Below, in pieces: positions 45,392 to 49,161 of a stretch of 49,161 nt of DNA. Origin of the DNA: a virus (lineage: Duplodnaviria > Caudoviricetes). Each line of letters opens with the position of its first letter. Position 1 is the stretch's first letter. Where the stretch lies: the IMG/VR virus record IMGVR_UViG_3300032103_000318, positions 1 through 49,161 of that record; one strand, given 5' to 3'. A program made the translations under genes and the position numbers. The notes beneath the pieces were generated by a model. It was not told the DNA's origin and did no database searches. It saw nothing but the letters and a program-made list of their open reading frames with translations.

Positions 45392-46774
45392 ATGGCCAGA
45401 GCGAGTGACGGAACCAGGAGAGTAGCTAGTCAGCGGATTATTGTTCCCCCAAAAGAGGTTGCTAAGCCCACGGAGACTAAGCGACCTCCCGTCAATGCTG
45501 TCTCTATTCCTCATAATCCTGGGGCTATCTCTGAGCGGGCTTTGATTGATGCACGGGCTAACCAAAAACCCGTAGAAGATATTATTACGGCTCAGGTAGT
45601 TGGGAATAATTTTAGGTCAGGGGAAATTATTGTTAGAGATGGTGGTAGAAATAAATATAATGTTAAGGTAGGGGTGGGTGCTTTACGGAATAGTTTTAGT
45701 CCGTCAGGTAGGGGAGGGTCTACTCCGTATATTGTGATTGGGCAGACGGTGGTGATTAGTCGGTCACGGTCACAGAGTGGAGAGCGGACGATTAGGCTGT
45801 TGAGTGTGGTACCTCTCGGTAAAAATCCGAGAGATGTTTTGGCTAGGTTTGCTGGGCATGGCAATGTGAATGATTTGTGCGCGCCTCAGTCTGGAGGGAT
45901 TCCAAGTACACCAGAAAATCCCCCTAATTCCCCGGAGGATCAAGAGCAACCTCCGCCGGAACAGGAGAATGACCCATCTAACCCGGAACCCGATGATCCC
46001 CCTAGTAAACCGTTTGGCTGTAACCCTAATGATAATGCTCAGTGGTATGAGGGAGAAAACTGTCCTGCGGGGATGCGGTCGCTAGGGATTGCGGTGCTGA
46101 CTGATAAAACGATGAGCCTGTGTACCGGGCCCGTTTTGCCACCTGGGGATGGGTGCCCTCAAATTCCGGACACGTATGGTTGGGCCTGTGTTGGGGGAAG
46201 CTGCCAGTTTGTCCAAGGCGGGGGGTTTAGCACGAAGGGTGAGTGTGAAGCTGCGGGCTGTCGGACGTTCACTTGGAATTGCCAGGGTGGTAATTGTGTG
46301 GAAGCGGAGGGCGGTACTTACCTGAGTCTGGCGGAGTGCCAAGAAGCCTGTACCGTGACGTGGGATTTCCCTCCAGAAGGTTTGGGTATGGCGCCGTGTG
46401 TGCCGGTTCAGGGCAGCGGGGGGCAGTTCACTTCGGAGTCTTCCTGCAATCTGGCTAATGGAACAGAGGATAGACCGGCGGGTTACCAAATTACCGTTAG
46501 AGACGTTGTGGGTTTAGGGGAATGGGCTAGCTGTAATCCGAATTACCAGAATAGGACGTTTACCGTTAGGAAGATAAATAACTTAAGTGCGGTGTGCTGT
46601 ATTGGATCGCTGGGTAGTAATTCCACTGGATTGTATGGCAGTTGGGTAACGACCGGCGGGGTATTAGTGACCAATTCCTTCCTGGTAGGGTCTTGTGGCG
46701 GTGGGGTGATACCGTGCCCTAACGTTACGTGTGGCCCTAACTTTCCTGTAATTATCTCTATTCAGCCTCTCTAG
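45392..46774 (+). CDS. Tail-associated protein with Pro/acidic linker and Cys-rich repeats
   Basis: Repeats WACVGGSC..GGFSTKGECEAAGC and WNCQGGNC..GTYLSLAECQEAC. Confidence 0.7.
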   Translation: MARASDGTRRVASQRIIVPPKEVAKPTETKRPPVNAVSIPHNPGAISERALIDARANQKPVEDIITAQVVGNNFRSGEIIVRDGGRNKYNVKVGVGALRNSFSPSGRGGSTPYIVIGQTVVISRSRSQSGERTIRLLSVVPLGKNPRDVLARFAGHGNVNDLCAPQSGGIPSTPENPPNSPEDQEQPPPEQENDPSNPEPDDPPSKPFGCNPNDNAQWYEGENCPAGMRSLGIAVLTDKTMSLCTGPVLPPGDGCPQIPDTYGWACVGGSCQFVQGGGFSTKGECEAAGCRTFTWNCQGGNCVEAEGGTYLSLAECQEACTVTWDFPPEGLGMAPCVPVQGSGGQFTSESSCNLANGTEDRPAGYQITVRDVVGLGEWASCNPNYQNRTFTVRKINNLSAVCCIGSLGSNSTGLYGSWVTTGGVLVTNSFLVGSCGGGVIPCPNVTCGPNFPVIISIQPL

Positions 46775-46783
46775 GAGTTTACT

Positions 46784-48820
46784 ATGTCCGCTACGTTCCG
46801 TCAGTTTTTGGTTTCTAGCCCTTCTCTAGCCCCTAGTACATCGGGCGGGGGAGGTACATTGGTGTTGGCTCATCGCCGGGTTAACAAAGGGGGGCAGCGA
46901 TCGGCGATTAGTCCGCTACTGTCCAATATTGCTCTGCCAGCCACGATCACCCCCCAAAGTTATAGTGATACGGATGCTCTACTGCGGGATGAGTTTTTGG
47001 TTAGCAATGATGGGGGAACCACGTGGAGACTTGTGCCTACTTCCACTAATCATGTGGGGGCTTTGGCGGTTCCGGCCTTTAGCGGTAGCTGGGCCATTAC
47101 GACGACAGGGGCTACTCAGGCGGGGGATGGGTTTAATCTGGATTTCGGGGAATTTTCGGCATCTTCCAGCCCGTCCCAGATCTTTTACTTGCTGAACATC
47201 GGTACGTCTTTGGGTTCTCTGACGTGGAATCTGGTGGACTTGATTGCCCAGGAACCCATGAGAGTGTTGGCTGGGCGAGTGCAGTTTGAGATTTTGGGGC
47301 TGTTTGGGGACACTGGGAATGCCGCAGACCTTCAATTTAATCAGAGCTTGATTTGGGATATCCCTCAGAATAGTTTGAATACGATGCGGGTGTTGGTTCC
47401 TGCCCTTAGTTTTCTGAAAGTTCGGATGACCCTGTTAAATTATCCGACTGGGGAATTGCCGGAAGAGTTGATTAATCTGAGTCTGTCGGTAACGGTCAAT
47501 CAAACGAGTTTTCCACTGACCTACCCCAATCAATGGCCTAATGGGTCATTTTTGATTGATGAGGATACCCCGTTTAGACTGCCCGTGATCGAGGGGATAA
47601 ATGCTACAACGTTTCGGGTTAAGCCGTTCATGGTTAACGTGGACGGGATTTTGAGGGCTAACCTGAGAGATTTGGTGGTGCCGGTTGTCAATGGGAACAG
47701 GCGGATTACCTATGATGCAGCGGGGAACGTAGGAAATTTGGATCAAGCCGATCCAGTGCCAGCGGGTTCTGTGGTGGTTGCTGAGGCCACGTTCACAGCC
47801 GGGGTGATTTCCAATCTGGAGTATCCGTGGGCGATTAAACCTCAGGCGTTTGTGAGGTTGGGGGCTACTTCGGCGCTATTGGCTAGTCGATTTGTCCGGG
47901 TTAATACGGCGGGGCAGTTGGTTTATGCTACGTCTGGTGGTCAAGTTCAGGGGGTGACGCTGGGCAATAACAGTAATTTGGTGGCTACCTCTGGGCTGTG
48001 CTGGCTGGAGCTAGGCGGGAACGTGGTGATTGGGGATGCCCTTGCGCCCACTACAAACGGTAGAGCGATTCAGGCTAGCGCGGGGTCTGCTTTTGCGCTA
48101 GAGGCGGGCTCAACGGGACAGATTATTAAGGCGGCGATTAATACGATCGCTCCTAGTCTCTCAGGGGGATCGAGTACTTGGGGGTCGATTACAGGTACCC
48201 TGAGTAATCAGACCGATTTACAGGCGGCACTCGATGGGAAGCTCGGATCTGCTCTGCTGACGACCAAAGGAGATTTGATTTCTAGGACTAGTTCTAGTCC
48301 TGCTGTGATTCCGGTGGGGTCTGATGGGCAAGTGCTGACGGCGGACTCAACGACCACCACGGGGTTGGCTTGGGCTACTCCGTCTGGTGGATCAGTGAGC
48401 CCTCAGTTTGCGGAATGGCCTCTGAATAATTATGGGCTGAGATTGACTACTGGGGTGACTCTAGAGCCTACGTTGGTGTCGCCCACGGTGTATGCGGGGA
48501 CAGGGTTTGGCACGGGTGGGTTTACGGTTCCGACAGGGCAAGCAGGTCTTTACTATGTGGAGGTGTATGGGGAATTGGTGGGCTCTACTAACAATCTGGT
48601 GTATGGCCTGGTGGGCATACGGAAGAATACCACTAACTTCTTTCGCCGACAACAGATCAACTTTGGGAGCCCTTCATTGGCCTTTATCCAGACGCTCAGC
48701 ACTAAGATCTTTCTGAGTGTGGGGGATGTGGTTAGACCTCAGTTTGAGGTAGCCTTCTCATCTGGCACCGTTACTCTGAATAATGCTAGTCTGTTGATTA
48801 TTAAGGATGGAGGTTACTAG
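46784..48820 (+). CDS. Tail fibre / receptor-binding protein with C-terminal C1q-like domain
   Basis: WGSITGTLSNQTDLQAALD, LTTKGDL..GQVLTADS fibre motifs, FTVP..AGLYYV..LSVGDVV. Confidence 0.75.
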   Translation: MSATFRQFLVSSPSLAPSTSGGGGTLVLAHRRVNKGGQRSAISPLLSNIALPATITPQSYSDTDALLRDEFLVSNDGGTTWRLVPTSTNHVGALAVPAFSGSWAITTTGATQAGDGFNLDFGEFSASSSPSQIFYLLNIGTSLGSLTWNLVDLIAQEPMRVLAGRVQFEILGLFGDTGNAADLQFNQSLIWDIPQNSLNTMRVLVPALSFLKVRMTLLNYPTGELPEELINLSLSVTVNQTSFPLTYPNQWPNGSFLIDEDTPFRLPVIEGINATTFRVKPFMVNVDGILRANLRDLVVPVVNGNRRITYDAAGNVGNLDQADPVPAGSVVVAEATFTAGVISNLEYPWAIKPQAFVRLGATSALLASRFVRVNTAGQLVYATSGGQVQGVTLGNNSNLVATSGLCWLELGGNVVIGDALAPTTNGRAIQASAGSAFALEAGSTGQIIKAAINTIAPSLSGGSSTWGSITGTLSNQTDLQAALDGKLGSALLTTKGDLISRTSSSPAVIPVGSDGQVLTADSTTTTGLAWATPSGGSVSPQFAEWPLNNYGLRLTTGVTLEPTLVSPTVYAGTGFGTGGFTVPTGQAGLYYVEVYGELVGSTNNLVYGLVGIRKNTTNFFRRQQINFGSPSLAFIQTLSTKIFLSVGDVVRPQFEVAFSSGTVTLNNASLLIIKDGGY

Positions 48821-48821
48821 G

Positions 48822-49161
48822 ATGGAGTACGAAGATTGCCGAGAGTTTATAGCGGATTGCCTGGGGTTGTTAGAGTATCGCCAGGCTAATTTGGGGTATT
48901 TCTCGGACTTTCGGTTCGTGGATGCCTGTGGAGTGGTTAGGCTGTTGGTGTCGCTGCGGGATGATGAGGGTAATGTCCGGGATAACGTGGTGTTGATTCC
49001 TGGGTCTTACGTGTATCAGGGGAAGACTAGTGAGGCTTTGAGAGAGTGCCAACGGTGTTTAGTAGGTATCTCAGGGGGCTCTGGAGTATATCAGGAGGAG
49101 TCGGTGGTATATCAGGGGGAGTCGGGAGTATCTCAGGGGGAGTCGGGAGGATATCAGGGGG
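48822..49161 (+). CDS. Hypothetical protein running off the right end into (GVYQGES)n repeats
   Basis: ATG 48822 with GGAGG upstream; no stop before the window end. Confidence 0.7.
   Translation, partial: MEYEDCREFIADCLGLLEYRQANLGYFSDFRFVDACGVVRLLVSLRDDEGNVRDNVVLIPGSYVYQGKTSEALRECQRCLVGISGGSGVYQEESVVYQGESGVSQGESGGYQG
49064..49161 (+). repeat. Degenerate 21-bp tandem repeat, same unit as 1-75
   Basis: About 4.5 imperfect GGAGTATATCAGGGGGAGTCG units. Confidence 0.9.

Noticed and set aside
1-49161. Integrase, repressor, tRNA genes, photosystem genes, tail sheath
   Set aside because: None recognised by eye; tRNAscan-SE and HMM searches would be needed to exclude them formally.

Overview
The window looks like an essentially complete, circularly permuted genome of a lytic siphovirus infecting a cyanobacterium. 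Host evidence: nblA, a cyanobacterial-type thyX, a cyanophage-type class I RNR and at least four HIP1 octamers. The contig breaks inside a coding 21-bp tandem repeat whose reading frame runs from the right end into the left end. Modules: lysis (M15 endolysin, possible T4-T-like holin); an accessory block at 3.8-6.6 kb; nucleotide metabolism (thyX, dUTPase, dNMP kinase, intein-containing RNR); replication (5'-3' exonuclease, SF3-like and UvrD helicases, a family A polymerase closely resembling mitochondrial Pol gamma); and a shuffled structural module. No integrase, tRNA or CRISPR array was recognised. The best candidates for new biology are: (1) a hyaluronan-synthase/NodC-type glycosyltransferase cassette bounded by a perfect 43-bp direct repeat, next to three small paralogous exported F-x5-C-x17-C proteins; (2) a MuF head protein with an Ala-start intein, a C-terminal HExxH peptidase and a small downstream ORF; (3) a conserved WTACCTAGSC motif upstream of structural genes and the holin candidate, a probable late promoter; (4) a Pol gamma-like replisome with no recognisable primase and a strand-composition gradient. 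All calls come from reading motifs by eye; no database searches were run.
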